64,000 bases of DNA from an uncultured Acidobacteriaceae bacterium (GTDB lineage: Bacteria > Acidobacteriota > Terriglobia > Terriglobales > Acidobacteriaceae), in assembly GCA_963780495.1 (NCBI GenBank), contig CAWACF010000017.1, forward strand, positions 66,559-130,558, in the 5' to 3' direction. Below are positions 10,826-20,274 of the stretch, piece by piece. Positions within the stretch are counted from its first letter, which is position 1, and each line of letters opens with the position of its first letter. The translations under genes were made by a program, and so were the position numbers. The notes below the pieces were generated by a model. The model did no database searches, was not told where the DNA came from, and saw only the letters and a list, made by a program, of their open reading frames with translations.

Positions 10826-10850
10826 AGCGGCCAACAGGCCGCTTTTTAAT
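10826..10850 (+). terminator. rho-independent terminator
   Basis: AGCGGCC aaca GGCCGCT followed by TTTTTAATT, 26 nt after the stop at 10800. Confidence 0.65.
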
Positions 10851-10981
10851 TGGCTGTTAAATTCGGCTTATCCCGCAATCCGCTTTCTGAACCGTACTCC
10901 TGCCTAACCGTGATACCATCCCGCGCATAGTTGCCCGCTTCGCAATTCAATGCCAATTTCGCCTTCTCGGGAGGAAAGATC

Positions 10982-11830
10982 ATGCAAACCAAGGTGAATG
11001 AGTTATTGCAGAACGGTTGGACATTAGCCATCGCGCTGGGCATTCGAGTTCTGGAAGCTATCGCCCTCTGGATCGTGGGGCGCTGGTTGATCGGAGTGGC
11101 AACACGGATGATCGGTAGGGCCATGACCAAGCAGAAGATTGATCCTACAGTCATCCGCTACATTCAGAACGCGGTCGCGGCACTACTAAACATCATTCTT
11201 GTAATCGCCATCCTCAGCTTCTTCGGGGTGGAGACCACAAGCCTAGCAGCTCTGATTGCCGCTGCCGGTGTGGCCATTGGTCTGGCATGGAGCGGCCTGC
11301 TCTCGAACTTTGCCGCGGGCGTCTTTCTTGTCATCCTGCAGCCGATGAAGGTGGGAGATTTCGTAACCGCTGGGGGAGTGACCGGTACGGTACACGAGAT
11401 CGGGCTGTTTGCCAGCTCCATCGACACACCTGACAATGTGCGCAACATTGTAGGCAATAGCAAGATCTTCGGAGACGTAATCCAGAACTTCTCCACCAAC
11501 CCATATCGCAGGGTCGAACTTACGGCTCAGCTTGCACACGGCGTCGATGTACATGCCGCGATGGCACTGCTGAAAAAAGCCCTCGCTGGAATTCCGAATG
11601 TCATGACCACTCCTGCGCCGGTCGTGGAGATCCTGACCTTCAACCTGGCCGGACCTGTTCTTGCCGTTCGCCCCTATTGCAACCACAAAGACTATTGGCA
11701 GGTGTATTTTGATACGAATCGCCTGATCAAGGAAACCTTCACCGCCGCTGCATTCGAGGTTCCCGAGCAGCACTACGTAGTACGTGGAGTCGGAGCAGGT
11801 GCTGGTGCTGGAATGGCTCACACGGCGTAG
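10982..11830 (+). CDS. mechanosensitive ion channel (MscS family)
   Basis: TM helices followed by the MscS beta-domain pattern (PMKVGDFV..GGVTGTVHEIGLF.S). ATG at 10982 sits after GGGAGGAAAG. Confidence 0.85.
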   Translation: MQTKVNELLQNGWTLAIALGIRVLEAIALWIVGRWLIGVATRMIGRAMTKQKIDPTVIRYIQNAVAALLNIILVIAILSFFGVETTSLAALIAAAGVAIGLAWSGLLSNFAAGVFLVILQPMKVGDFVTAGGVTGTVHEIGLFASSIDTPDNVRNIVGNSKIFGDVIQNFSTNPYRRVELTAQLAHGVDVHAAMALLKKALAGIPNVMTTPAPVVEILTFNLAGPVLAVRPYCNHKDYWQVYFDTNRLIKETFTAAAFEVPEQHYVVRGVGAGAGAGMAHTA

Positions 11831-11999
11831 GACGTTGACCGAAGCTCCAGATCGATACAGTCGAGATATGCTGCGCCGGTCTGGAGCTTTTACCCATCTC
11901 ACGACGTGGGCTCGTAACTTCCGTTATTCCCGCCACTATAGTCTCTAGCTTGACTTCGTTTGTGGTTAATATAGTTGACTGAGTAGTTAAGGATGGCCG

Positions 12000-12848
12000 A
12001 TGGCCACTGAAAACTCTAGCGTCACTTCAGACTTTTTGAGCAATGGCTTTATACGGGTGCTGGCATTTTTCGCGCTGGCCATTGCTTCGTGTTGTGCCCT
12101 CTCCGGTCGTCAAGCCGCGGGAGGCGTAACTCCTCTACCGCCTGGCGCTCCGTCGATTCCGACCACCATCAAAAATGCGCCTTTCTCAGCGCAGGTCGTC
12201 ACGAAATACGATCACGTTCTCGCCAACAGCAACCACATTCATCGCGAGACGCAGGGCAGGATTTTTCGCGACTCCCAGGGCCGGGTACGCACCGAGACGC
12301 AGGTTGCCACGCTGAGCGGTATCGAAAACCTGGAACATATCGCGATCCAAGACCCCATTTTGCACGAGATTATTCATCTCGACCCGCGCACGAAAACTGC
12401 CAGCATACATCACATGGGCGAACCTTCCAGCGTGGTGGCCGATCCTCCCCATAGCGGCATTCCCACTAAGTCGGGCAAAGCTTTGCTCTCAACTCCGGAG
12501 ACCTCGGCCGGTGGCACAATCGCCGCTCCGCATCCGGGAGTAGCTATCCCGGCGACGAGCGAGGCACTCGGAACAAAGATGATCGAAGGCCTTCCTGCAG
12601 TCGGCACGCGCATTACGCGCACGATTACAAACGGGGAGGGCGACTCCATAGTTGCCGTGAGCGAAGTGTGGTACTCGCGCGACCTGCAAATGATCATTCT
12701 GAGTGTCTCCGATGACGGCCAATCAGGCCACAGCGTCATGCGGGTCACCAACATTGTGCGGGGAGCACCGAACGAGAAGCTTTTTCAGGTGCCGCCGGAT
12801 TATACTGTTAAGGACGGTAATCCCATTGCCGCCGTCATGAAGCATTAA
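12000..12848 (+). CDS. hypothetical exported protein (282 aa)
   Basis: ORF track. N-terminal hydrophobic anchor/signal. No family recognised. Confidence 0.5.
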   Translation: MATENSSVTSDFLSNGFIRVLAFFALAIASCCALSGRQAAGGVTPLPPGAPSIPTTIKNAPFSAQVVTKYDHVLANSNHIHRETQGRIFRDSQGRVRTETQVATLSGIENLEHIAIQDPILHEIIHLDPRTKTASIHHMGEPSSVVADPPHSGIPTKSGKALLSTPETSAGGTIAAPHPGVAIPATSEALGTKMIEGLPAVGTRITRTITNGEGDSIVAVSEVWYSRDLQMIILSVSDDGQSGHSVMRVTNIVRGAPNEKLFQVPPDYTVKDGNPIAAVMKH

Positions 12849-12866
12849 GAGCAGGCGCATAACTGG

Positions 12867-13538
12867 ATGTTTGATCTTGATTTTTCTCCGCCCGAAGGTT
12901 TGACCGTCTCCCTGTGGCGTTCATTGCTGATCAATTTTGCGGATCGCTTTGCGCCCGAACGGCTGCCTCCGCTCCAGTTGACATCCAAGCCGGTCGCGGT
13001 GATGCTGCCCGGCGAGGAACTGGCACTGCCTTGGTATCGCACGATATTTACGAACATTGGTGATGTAGTCTCACCGGAACGACTGCCGCCGCTCGATCTG
13101 ACCTCGCAACCTGTCGACGTCGGGGAATTGCTGGCCGATGACCTTAGCCACGGCTGGTGGGATTCGCTGCTGCAGAACGTTCGCGACCGCCTCTCGCCGG
13201 AACGTCTGCCTGCGCTGCAACTGACCGCGCAGCCAGTGGCGGCATTTGGCGCCGAGGCCAGCTTGCAACTGCTGGACTGGTCGGCGCTGATTGCGGGCCC
13301 CAAGCTCTTTCATCCGGACCAGCCGCAACTAATCGTTGACAATGTACACAGGGACGAGCCTGCTCCCGCCGTAGTCTCTGCGATCGCGGAGCTGGCTGCA
13401 GGCAGTCCACTGCTGATTGCAACCCGTACCCAGCTTGTGCGTGACATCGGTAGAACCCGGTTCCGCCGCAAGATCTGGATCTCGCTGGCCACAGCTGAAG
13501 CGATATTTCTGCTGGTCGCAATCTTCAAGCTCCAATAG
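12867..13538 (+). CDS. tail-anchored protein with three tandem copies of the TonB N-terminal W..SL..N....PERLPPLxLTSxPV motif
   Basis: Repeats end in ERLPPLQLTSKPVAV, ERLPPLDLTSQPVDV and ERLPALQLTAQPVAA. One C-terminal TM helix (IWISLATAEAIFLLVAIF). No TonB C-terminal domain. Confidence 0.55.
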   Translation: MFDLDFSPPEGLTVSLWRSLLINFADRFAPERLPPLQLTSKPVAVMLPGEELALPWYRTIFTNIGDVVSPERLPPLDLTSQPVDVGELLADDLSHGWWDSLLQNVRDRLSPERLPALQLTAQPVAAFGAEASLQLLDWSALIAGPKLFHPDQPQLIVDNVHRDEPAPAVVSAIAELAAGSPLLIATRTQLVRDIGRTRFRRKIWISLATAEAIFLLVAIFKLQ

Positions 13539-13666
13539 CCCCGCAACAACCATTTCTGTGTGGTCCTGAGCCGGACCGCTTTTTGTTTCCCCTCGAATTC
13601 CCGAGGTTGTACGATAAAGGCGGTTATCCAGCTCTGCCTTCGTCGGTGACCTAGTCCGGCCTGGCA

Positions 13667-14035
13667 TTGATTTGGGGGCACAGCTTGAGCATCAAAACCA
13701 GCACCCGTATCGTCGACAAAATCTTGATCGTGGACACGATCGGCGAACTGAGACTCGGAGAAGGCACTGATGTAGTTCGCAATGTAGTGCGCGACATGCT
13801 CGGCCAGGGCTACAAAAATATCCTGCTCAACCTGCGTGATGTGCGACACATCGACAGCGCTGGTGTCGGCGAACTGATGAGTTGCTACACCTCGGTGCGC
13901 AACCAGGGCGGCCAGCTCAAGCTGATGAACTTGAACAAACACGTTCACAACCTGTTGCAGATTACTAAGCTGTACACGATCTTCGAAGTAGTCGAGGACG
14001 AAGACTCGGCAGTAGCCTCCTTCCAACAGGCATAG
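13667..14035 (+). CDS. STAS-domain anti-sigma-factor antagonist (SpoIIAA-like)
   Basis: LLNLRDVRHIDSAGVGELM... is the STAS pattern. Start is uncertain: TTG 13667, or TTG 13685 after GGGGG. Confidence 0.8.
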   Translation: MIWGHSLSIKTSTRIVDKILIVDTIGELRLGEGTDVVRNVVRDMLGQGYKNILLNLRDVRHIDSAGVGELMSCYTSVRNQGGQLKLMNLNKHVHNLLQITKLYTIFEVVEDEDSAVASFQQA

Positions 14036-14098
14036 GCCGGGCACCGTTTTATCTACACGAGTAACTGTATTTCACTTTGAAATTCTTGCGAGGCGATC

Positions 14099-14575
14099 AT
14101 GAAAGGCGATCCGAAGGTCATTGCATTCTTAAATCAGGTATTGAAAGCGGAGCTGACAGCCATCAATCAATATTTTCTGCACGCCGAGATGTGTGAGAAC
14201 TGGGGCTACTACCGGCTGGCCAAGAAGGTCAAGAAGGAGTCGATCGAGGAGATGGTCCACGCCGAAAAGTGCATGGAGCGCATTCTCTACCTCGACGGTA
14301 CGCCGAACATGAGCGACTACTTCAAGATCAACATCGGCAATACCGTCGAGCAGCAGTTTAAGAACGATCTGCAGCTGGAAATTGACGCCGTGAAGCGCCT
14401 GAACGACGGCATCAAGTTATGCGTCGCTCAGGGGGATAACGCATCCAAGACGCTGGCCGAGAGCATCCTCAACGACGAAGAGCATCACATTGATTGGCTG
14501 GAGGCACAACTGCACGCCATCAGCGAGATGGGACTTGCAAACTATCTCGCGCAACAGATGGGCGACGGAGAGTAG
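14099..14575 (+). CDS. bfr: bacterioferritin
   Basis: MKGDPKVIAFLNQVLKAELTAINQYFLHAEMCENWGY..., 158 aa. Confidence 0.92.
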   Translation: MKGDPKVIAFLNQVLKAELTAINQYFLHAEMCENWGYYRLAKKVKKESIEEMVHAEKCMERILYLDGTPNMSDYFKINIGNTVEQQFKNDLQLEIDAVKRLNDGIKLCVAQGDNASKTLAESILNDEEHHIDWLEAQLHAISEMGLANYLAQQMGDGE

Positions 14576-14614
14576 CCGGCCTTCGCTCGTTGGATTCGAG
14601 CAAAATACAATGTT

Positions 14615-14644
14615 GGCGAGCCCAATGCTCGCCTCATTTTTTTT
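14615..14644 (+). terminator. rho-independent terminator of bfr
   Basis: GGCGAGC ccaat GCTCGCC followed by TCATTTTTTTT. Confidence 0.75.
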
Positions 14645-14740
14645 CGCGCGTGATCCTGCTCGGTCCCGAGCAGAGCACGCGTGATACGGTACAATGGGAA
14701 CGCGCTGCAGTTCCGGCGCTTCCACAACAAGTCTTCCCAC

Positions 14741-14830
14741 GGAGAGATGGCCGAGTGGCTGAAGGCGCACGCTTGGAAAGCGTGTGTACTCGAAAGGGTA
14801 CCCAGGGTTCGAATCCCTGTCTCTCCGCCA
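14741..14830 (+). tRNA. tRNA-Ser (anticodon GGA)
   Basis: Acceptor GGAGAGA/TCTCTCC, anticodon loop TTGGAAA, long variable arm, GGTTCGAATCC T-loop, encoded CCA. Confidence 0.93.
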
Positions 14831-15288
14831 TTCCTTTACAATCATCCCTCTAAGCAGCTCGTTACACCGCTGGATACGATTCCAAAATTCTTTTCGAGAT
14901 AGTAGAGGTTTTCCTTGGAGGCGAAGAATCGACCCAGGCGAAAAACTCTTCGGTAACCGCATCTCGTGGAGAAATGTCGCATCCGGCGTACCATCTTAGT
15001 TTCCTATCGGGCACGGAAAGAATCGTCGGTTTGTTGAACCGGCGTATGACCCGTTTCTTCTGCCGGCAGAATGGTCCGCTGTCTTCCCGGAACCAGGAGG
15101 GTGTCCCTTTGAGGGCTTCTTCGGCCTTGGGTGGGGATGTTCCAAAAACACACGCCCAAGCTTGGCTGCTCGGGCGAACTGCTCATTGTCCATGCCGCAC
15201 ATCATGGGCCCGCTTAAACGGGGCACCCGACACCCGGATTTAACGAAGCAGGAATCTCCCGCGCTATACTGAGTCATCGAGGATTGGC

Positions 15289-16617
15289 GTGAGTTTCCAG
15301 CAGAAAACCTTTTACATCGAGACCTTTGGCTGTCAGATGAACTTCCACGACTCGGAAAAAGTAGTGGGCTCGCTCATCTCGCAGGGCTATCAGCAGGTAG
15401 AGCGCGAAGAAGACGCTGACCTCATCTTCTATAACACCTGCTCGATCCGCGACAAAGCCGAGCAAAAGGTTTTCCACCGCCTCGCCGACGTCAAAAAGCT
15501 GCAGAAAGCAGGGAAGCGCTTCGGGGTTCTCGGCTGTGTGGCCCAACAGGAGGGCGAGAAGATCTTCGAGCGCGCGCCCTGGGTATCGCTGGTCGCCGGC
15601 TCGGCTTCCTACCGCAACCTCCCCGACATGCTGGTGCAGATCGAGTCGGGCGTATCGCGCGTCACTGGCCTCGACGACCGCGAGACCGACCAGACCTTCG
15701 AGACCGAGTTCACGGCGCGCACTAATCCGCACCGCGGCTACATCACCATCATCGAGGGCTGCGATAAGTTCTGCGCCTACTGCGTCGTCCCGTACACACG
15801 CGGTAAGGAGCGCAGCCGGACTTCGCAGTCGGTGCTCACGGAAGCCCGCCGCATGGCCGACGCCGGCTATACCGATGTCCAACTGCTCGGGCAGAACGTG
15901 AACTCTTATCGCGATCCTGCTGAGAAGATGACATTTGCGGAATTGCTCGCCACGATCGGCGAGCTAGCGGGCATCCGGCGCGTGCGCTTTACCACCTCGC
16001 ATCCGCGAGACTTTACGAGGGACATCATCGACGCCATCGACGCGGTTCCGGCCCTCTGCGATCACGTGCATCTGCCCGTCCAGAGCGGCTCTTCACGTGT
16101 GCTGCAGTCGATGTTACGCGAATACACCCGCGAGCAGTACCTGGAGCGTGTCGCCTGGATGAAATCGACCCGGAACAAGGAGATCAGCATCACAACCGAT
16201 GTGATTGTCGGCTTCCCGGGCGAAACCGAAGCAGAGTTCGAGGAGACTCTCAGTCTGCTGGATGAGGTCGGCTACGACGGCGTGTTCTCCTTTAAGTACT
16301 CGCCCCGGCCGAATACGCCATCGCTGCAATACATCGACTCGATCCCCGAAGAGGAGAAATCGCACCGCCTGCAGATCCTGCAGGAGCACCAGCGAGAGCT
16401 TCAGAGAGCCAGTTACAAGAGACATTTAGGGCAGAAAATTGAAGTGATGGTAGAAGGTACGAACGCGGCACGCGGCCAGATGCTTGGCCGGACCTCGCAG
16501 AACAAGACGTTGAACTTTACCGTCGACGGCGCGATGGCGCCTAGTGTCGGAAATTACGTGCAAGTCGAGGTAACTCAGACGTTCCCCAATAGCCTTTTGG
16601 GAAAGATGGTGGAGTAG
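15289..16617 (+). CDS. miaB: tRNA-2-methylthio-N6-dimethylallyladenosine synthase
   Basis: FYIETFGCQMN, the radical-SAM CDKFCAYCVVP motif and a TRAM C-terminus. GTG start. Confidence 0.92.
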   Translation: MSFQQKTFYIETFGCQMNFHDSEKVVGSLISQGYQQVEREEDADLIFYNTCSIRDKAEQKVFHRLADVKKLQKAGKRFGVLGCVAQQEGEKIFERAPWVSLVAGSASYRNLPDMLVQIESGVSRVTGLDDRETDQTFETEFTARTNPHRGYITIIEGCDKFCAYCVVPYTRGKERSRTSQSVLTEARRMADAGYTDVQLLGQNVNSYRDPAEKMTFAELLATIGELAGIRRVRFTTSHPRDFTRDIIDAIDAVPALCDHVHLPVQSGSSRVLQSMLREYTREQYLERVAWMKSTRNKEISITTDVIVGFPGETEAEFEETLSLLDEVGYDGVFSFKYSPRPNTPSLQYIDSIPEEEKSHRLQILQEHQRELQRASYKRHLGQKIEVMVEGTNAARGQMLGRTSQNKTLNFTVDGAMAPSVGNYVQVEVTQTFPNSLLGKMVE

Positions 16618-16691
16618 CCATCCACAAAGGCGTTGCCGAGCGTACGCTGAACGGAGTATGACGGAAGTGTTCACCACGCGAACACGCAGCG

Positions 16692-16746
16692 CACGGAGAA
16701 ATGCAGATCAGGTCATAAGAGCCTCCGTGATCTCCGTGCCTCCGTG
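16692..16746. repeat. REP-like element: CACGGAG ... CTCCGTG x3
   Basis: CACGGAG at 16692. CTCCGTG at 16723, 16732 and 16740. Lies between miaB and the next gene. Confidence 0.6.
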
Positions 16747-16805
16747 GTGATTAAGAATTTGCCGGCTACTTATGGCCGGCGCGGAGCGTACTTGGAGGGA
16801 CCACG

Positions 16806-17291
16806 ATGGAAGTCGAGATGAAAATACGCGGGTTGATGATGGACCCCATGACCAACATGCCCATCGTGGTGCTCAAGGAGCACGGTAGCGAAACGGTTCT
16901 GCCGATCTGGGTAGGAGTTTACGAGGCCAATGCTATTGCGCTGGAGATCGAGAAAATCACTACGCCGCGGCCCATGACTCACGATCTGCTGAAGAACCTG
17001 CTGGTAGGCCTTGAGACAATGGTGCGCAAGGTCGTCGTGACCGAACTGCGCGACGACACATTCTTTGCCGTGATCTGGCTGGAACGCGATGGGCAATCGA
17101 TCTCAATCGACTCGCGCCCGTCGGATGCCTTGGCGCTGGCGCTGCGCATGGATTGCCCGATCTTCGTCGAGGAAGAAGTGCTGAAGACGAGCAAGGTCGC
17201 AGCCAACGTCAGTGATCGCGTCTCGGCCGACGAGCTGCGCAAATGGCTGGAGAACCTGGGCGAGGACGATCTCGGCCGCTACAAGATGTGA
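16806..17291 (+). CDS. bifunctional nuclease family protein (DUF151/BFN)
   Basis: MPIVVLKEHGSETVLPIWVGVYEANAI..., RPMTHDLL, DSRPSDALALALR. Confidence 0.8.
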   Translation: MEVEMKIRGLMMDPMTNMPIVVLKEHGSETVLPIWVGVYEANAIALEIEKITTPRPMTHDLLKNLLVGLETMVRKVVVTELRDDTFFAVIWLERDGQSISIDSRPSDALALALRMDCPIFVEEEVLKTSKVAANVSDRVSADELRKWLENLGEDDLGRYKM

Positions 17292-17295
17292 AAGT

Positions 17296-17394
17296 AGCGA
17301 CTAGCAACTGGCAATTAGCAACTAGTTATGGCACGCACGAATGTTGTGGAAAAGAACCTCATAGTATTTTGCTAGTCGCTGAACGCTAGCAGCT
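17296..17394. repeat. inverted pair of 7-nt periodic arrays flanking a 43-nt spacer
   Basis: AGCGACT AGCAACT GGCAATT AGCAACT (17296-17323) faces TTGCTAG TCGCTGA ACGCTAG CAGCTCT (17369-17396). This includes a perfect 12-bp inverted repeat, AGCGACTAGCAA/TTGCTAGTCGCT. Confidence 0.8.
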
Positions 17395-17409
17395 CTTCGC
17401 CATCTTCTC

Positions 17410-17724
17410 ATGCCCGATCCTGCTGAACAGCTGCAACGAATTTATCTCGCAGGCTTCGAACTGCACGTGTTCGATCGCTATCCGAATTCCGTTGGCGTGA
17501 TTCGCGATGGATGCGTTGCGCTGCTGCGCTCGACGCCCACGGGATTGCAGTTCATCGGCTCGCCAGGTTGGCGAATGGGCGAAGTTCTCGGCGTGCTGGT
17601 GGAGAAAGAAGGGAAGCAAGTCTTCCAGGCGAAGTCGGAGATTGTGGAAGCAACACCGGACCGGCTCGACACGCTGCAACGCTTCAAGGCCGACTTGGAA
17701 CAGTTGATGACCGCGACCGCTTGA
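17410..17724 (+). CDS. hypothetical protein (104 aa)
   Basis: ORF track only. No motif recognised. Confidence 0.45.
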   Translation: MPDPAEQLQRIYLAGFELHVFDRYPNSVGVIRDGCVALLRSTPTGLQFIGSPGWRMGEVLGVLVEKEGKQVFQAKSEIVEATPDRLDTLQRFKADLEQLMTATA

Positions 17725-17746
17725 ACAATGTCACACGTCGCGACGG

Positions 17747-18340
17747 TTAGTTGCCGTGATTTTCCGGAGCTGCTGGCGGAACCCGCGTGCTCTGCATGAA
17801 CAGGATTTTCCACGCGCCTGACTGTTTCTGCAGGACTGCCGATTCGAGCCACTGCTGATCTTGTTTACCCGAGGCATTCGTGATGCTGCCTTGGTTGACA
17901 TAAGCGATCCAGGCGTTATCACCGTTGACGTGAACGTCGGGATCGGTGACGTTCCACACGTACCGATTGCCAGCAGCATGAAGCTTCTTGATCAGTTCCA
18001 TGATCGCATCTCCGTCGAATCGCTTGCCGTTATCGAAGATGTAGAAGCCTGGCGCGATGACGGAATGGAACCTGACCATGTCATCGGCTTCGGCCGCGAC
18101 GAAGATTGTCTTCACGGTGTTGACCACCTGAACCTGCTCGACCGAGAGCGGCGTGGATTTGTCCTGTGCGATGGAAGGACTGACGAAAGTCAGGATAAGA
18201 ATGACAAGCAGCACAACAGCGCTCTGAGACCGGAATGTCACGCAAAAACCTCCCCAATGTAGAAAACGCCACGTCAGCAGTAGCCTTCGGGATGTGCGCT
18301 GATGCTTTACCGTGAGGTTGCCGGAGGGCAAGAATAGCAT
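17747..18340 (-). CDS. SnoaL/NTF2-like (DUF4440-like) exported protein
   Basis: Signal-like VVLLVILILTFVSPSIAQ followed by an NTF2-fold pattern (..GDNAWIAYVN..WLESAVLQKQSGAWKILFMQSTRV). The true start is probably internal. Confidence 0.6.
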   Translation of the reverse strand: MLFLPSGNLTVKHQRTSRRLLLTWRFLHWGGFCVTFRSQSAVVLLVILILTFVSPSIAQDKSTPLSVEQVQVVNTVKTIFVAAEADDMVRFHSVIAPGFYIFDNGKRFDGDAIMELIKKLHAAGNRYVWNVTDPDVHVNGDNAWIAYVNQGSITNASGKQDQQWLESAVLQKQSGAWKILFMQSTRVPPAAPENHGN

Positions 18341-18586
18341 TCGCCCCCAAATCCTCAGGGAAAAGGTTGAACACGCGCAACTTATGAGTGTTTACGGAAG
18401 TCAGTCAGCGGGAAGCCGCGTGTCTGGCTGGCTTTAAAGTGCTTAACATAATATCTGTTATCGGACATTGCGTTAGCACGCATCGCCCACCGCGAATGCT
18501 GACGGATCGTTCGTAGGTACGTGACCACCCACCATCACCGCGACCTGTGACAGCCGCTCTATCCTTCGCGAGTCCGGCGTTCCATC

Positions 18587-19366
18587 ATGCTCACAATGCA
18601 CTCACTTCTGGCCGGCGTATTGGTGATTCTCGCCTCGATGATCTTGTCCGTGGCCGGACTGCTGATTGTCCGCCGCTACGTGAGCACCGAGTGGCTGAAG
18701 CGGCACCACGAGCTTGCCAGCTATTACTTCCTCATGATTGGCACGCTGTACGCTGTCTTGATCGCCTTTGCCATCTACGTTGTCTGGACGGCCTTCAAGG
18801 ATGCTGGCGCCAACCTGGAGCACGAAGCGACCGAGGTTGCTGACCTTTCTCGCCTTTCTACCGCGATGCCTGATGCACTATGCCGGAACATCTCGGAGGC
18901 GCTGCTGGAATACTTGAATGCGGCGGTGCAGGACGAGTTCCCGGCAATGAACCAGGGCCGGGAAAGCGAGCGCACCTGGACAGCCGTGCAGCGCCTCTGG
19001 GATGCCTACGGGAGCGCGAGGCCGGATACTCCACGCGTGCAGGCATACTTTAACGAATCTCTCAAGCACCTCACGCAGCTTTCCGATCTGCGTAGGACCC
19101 GACTGTTCGCAAGCCATGGAACTGTTCCTCCTATGCTTTGGGGACTGCTGACAGTCGGCGGCGTGCTCCTGATCAGCTTCACCTATCTGGTCGGACACGA
19201 GAGTGTCTGGTCGCAGGCTGGCATGACGGCGTGCCTGGCGGGAGTTTTGTCCTTCTGTATGGTTCTCATCGTGTCGCTGAACAGTCCCTATTCTGGAGTA
19301 GCACGCGTCACGCCGGAACCATTCCGGCTGGAGTTAGCGCACGTAGCGTCCCGAATACCGAAATAA
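18587..19366 (+). CDS. membrane protein (DUF4239-like by recollection)
   Basis: Two N-terminal and two C-terminal TM helices around a helical soluble middle. The family call is tentative. Confidence 0.55.
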   Translation: MLTMHSLLAGVLVILASMILSVAGLLIVRRYVSTEWLKRHHELASYYFLMIGTLYAVLIAFAIYVVWTAFKDAGANLEHEATEVADLSRLSTAMPDALCRNISEALLEYLNAAVQDEFPAMNQGRESERTWTAVQRLWDAYGSARPDTPRVQAYFNESLKHLTQLSDLRRTRLFASHGTVPPMLWGLLTVGGVLLISFTYLVGHESVWSQAGMTACLAGVLSFCMVLIVSLNSPYSGVARVTPEPFRLELAHVASRIPK

Positions 19367-19392
19367 GCGACAATTCCCTTCAGACACACCGC

Positions 19393-20274
19393 TTAGATGA
19401 GCACGACCTTGGGATGAAACAAAGTGCCTGCGACGCGCGTGGCGAGGCACACCAACTCTGACTGCCCAGCGAAGACTTTCACCCAGCGCGAGCGCGACAT
19501 TTCCGGCAGATTGACAGCCCGGCCGTTGCGAATCTTAGCCACATCGGCTTCGGTGGCAGTGACGCTCGGGATTTCGGGCAGTACGCGGCGCGGATGGATC
19601 AGCAGCTCGTCGATCCGTGAAGCAGTGGCGGCTTCGCCGATCTCTCCCAGCGTGTGACAGTTCTCGATGGCGAACTCGGCGACGGCGGTGCGCCGCAGGC
19701 TCGCCAGGTGGGCGCCCATCCCGAGCTTCTGCCCGAGTTCATGCGCCAGACTGCGAACGTAAGTTCCCGAAGAAACGCGGCAGCGGAACTCAGCCAGATC
19801 GTCCACCAGACTGGAAATGACGAATTCCCTCACCTCGACCTCGACCGGCTGCAGCTGGACTTCTTTCTTCTTGCGGGCGAGTTTGTAAGCGGGAACGCCC
19901 TGAATTTTCTTGGCTGAAAACGGCGGCGGCACCTGCTGGATCGGCCCGGTAAACTCCACCATAGCAGTGCGCAGTTCTTCAAGTGTCACTTTAACTGCTT
20001 GGACTGGCCCGAGCGGCTCGCCATCGGCGTCGTAGGTGTCAGTGGCCACGCCAAAACGAATTGTGCCCTCGTAGACCTTCTCCGAGGCCGTATAAAACTG
20101 GCACAATCGCGTCATGCGGCCCAAGACAAGCGGCAGAACTCCGGTTGCCATGGGGTCGAGCGTGCCCAGATGTCCAATGGAGCGCTCGCCGACGAGGCGT
20201 CGCGTTTTGGCGACGACATCGTGCGAAGTCCATCCTGCGGGTTTATCCACTACCATCACACCGTTGAGCGGCAT
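19393..20274 (-). CDS. truB: tRNA pseudouridine(55) synthase
   Basis: GVMVVDKPAGWTSHDVV, GHLGTLDPMATGVLPL. ATG at 20274 (track ORF starts at 20409). Confidence 0.9.
   Translation of the reverse strand: MPLNGVMVVDKPAGWTSHDVVAKTRRLVGERSIGHLGTLDPMATGVLPLVLGRMTRLCQFYTASEKVYEGTIRFGVATDTYDADGEPLGPVQAVKVTLEELRTAMVEFTGPIQQVPPPFSAKKIQGVPAYKLARKKKEVQLQPVEVEVREFVISSLVDDLAEFRCRVSSGTYVRSLAHELGQKLGMGAHLASLRRTAVAEFAIENCHTLGEIGEAATASRIDELLIHPRRVLPEIPSVTATEADVAKIRNGRAVNLPEMSRSRWVKVFAGQSELVCLATRVAGTLFHPKVVLI

Noticed and set aside
13310-14044. 244-aa minus-strand ORF
   Set aside because: It is antisense to the STAS gene and the repeat-protein gene. No motif, and shadow-type composition.
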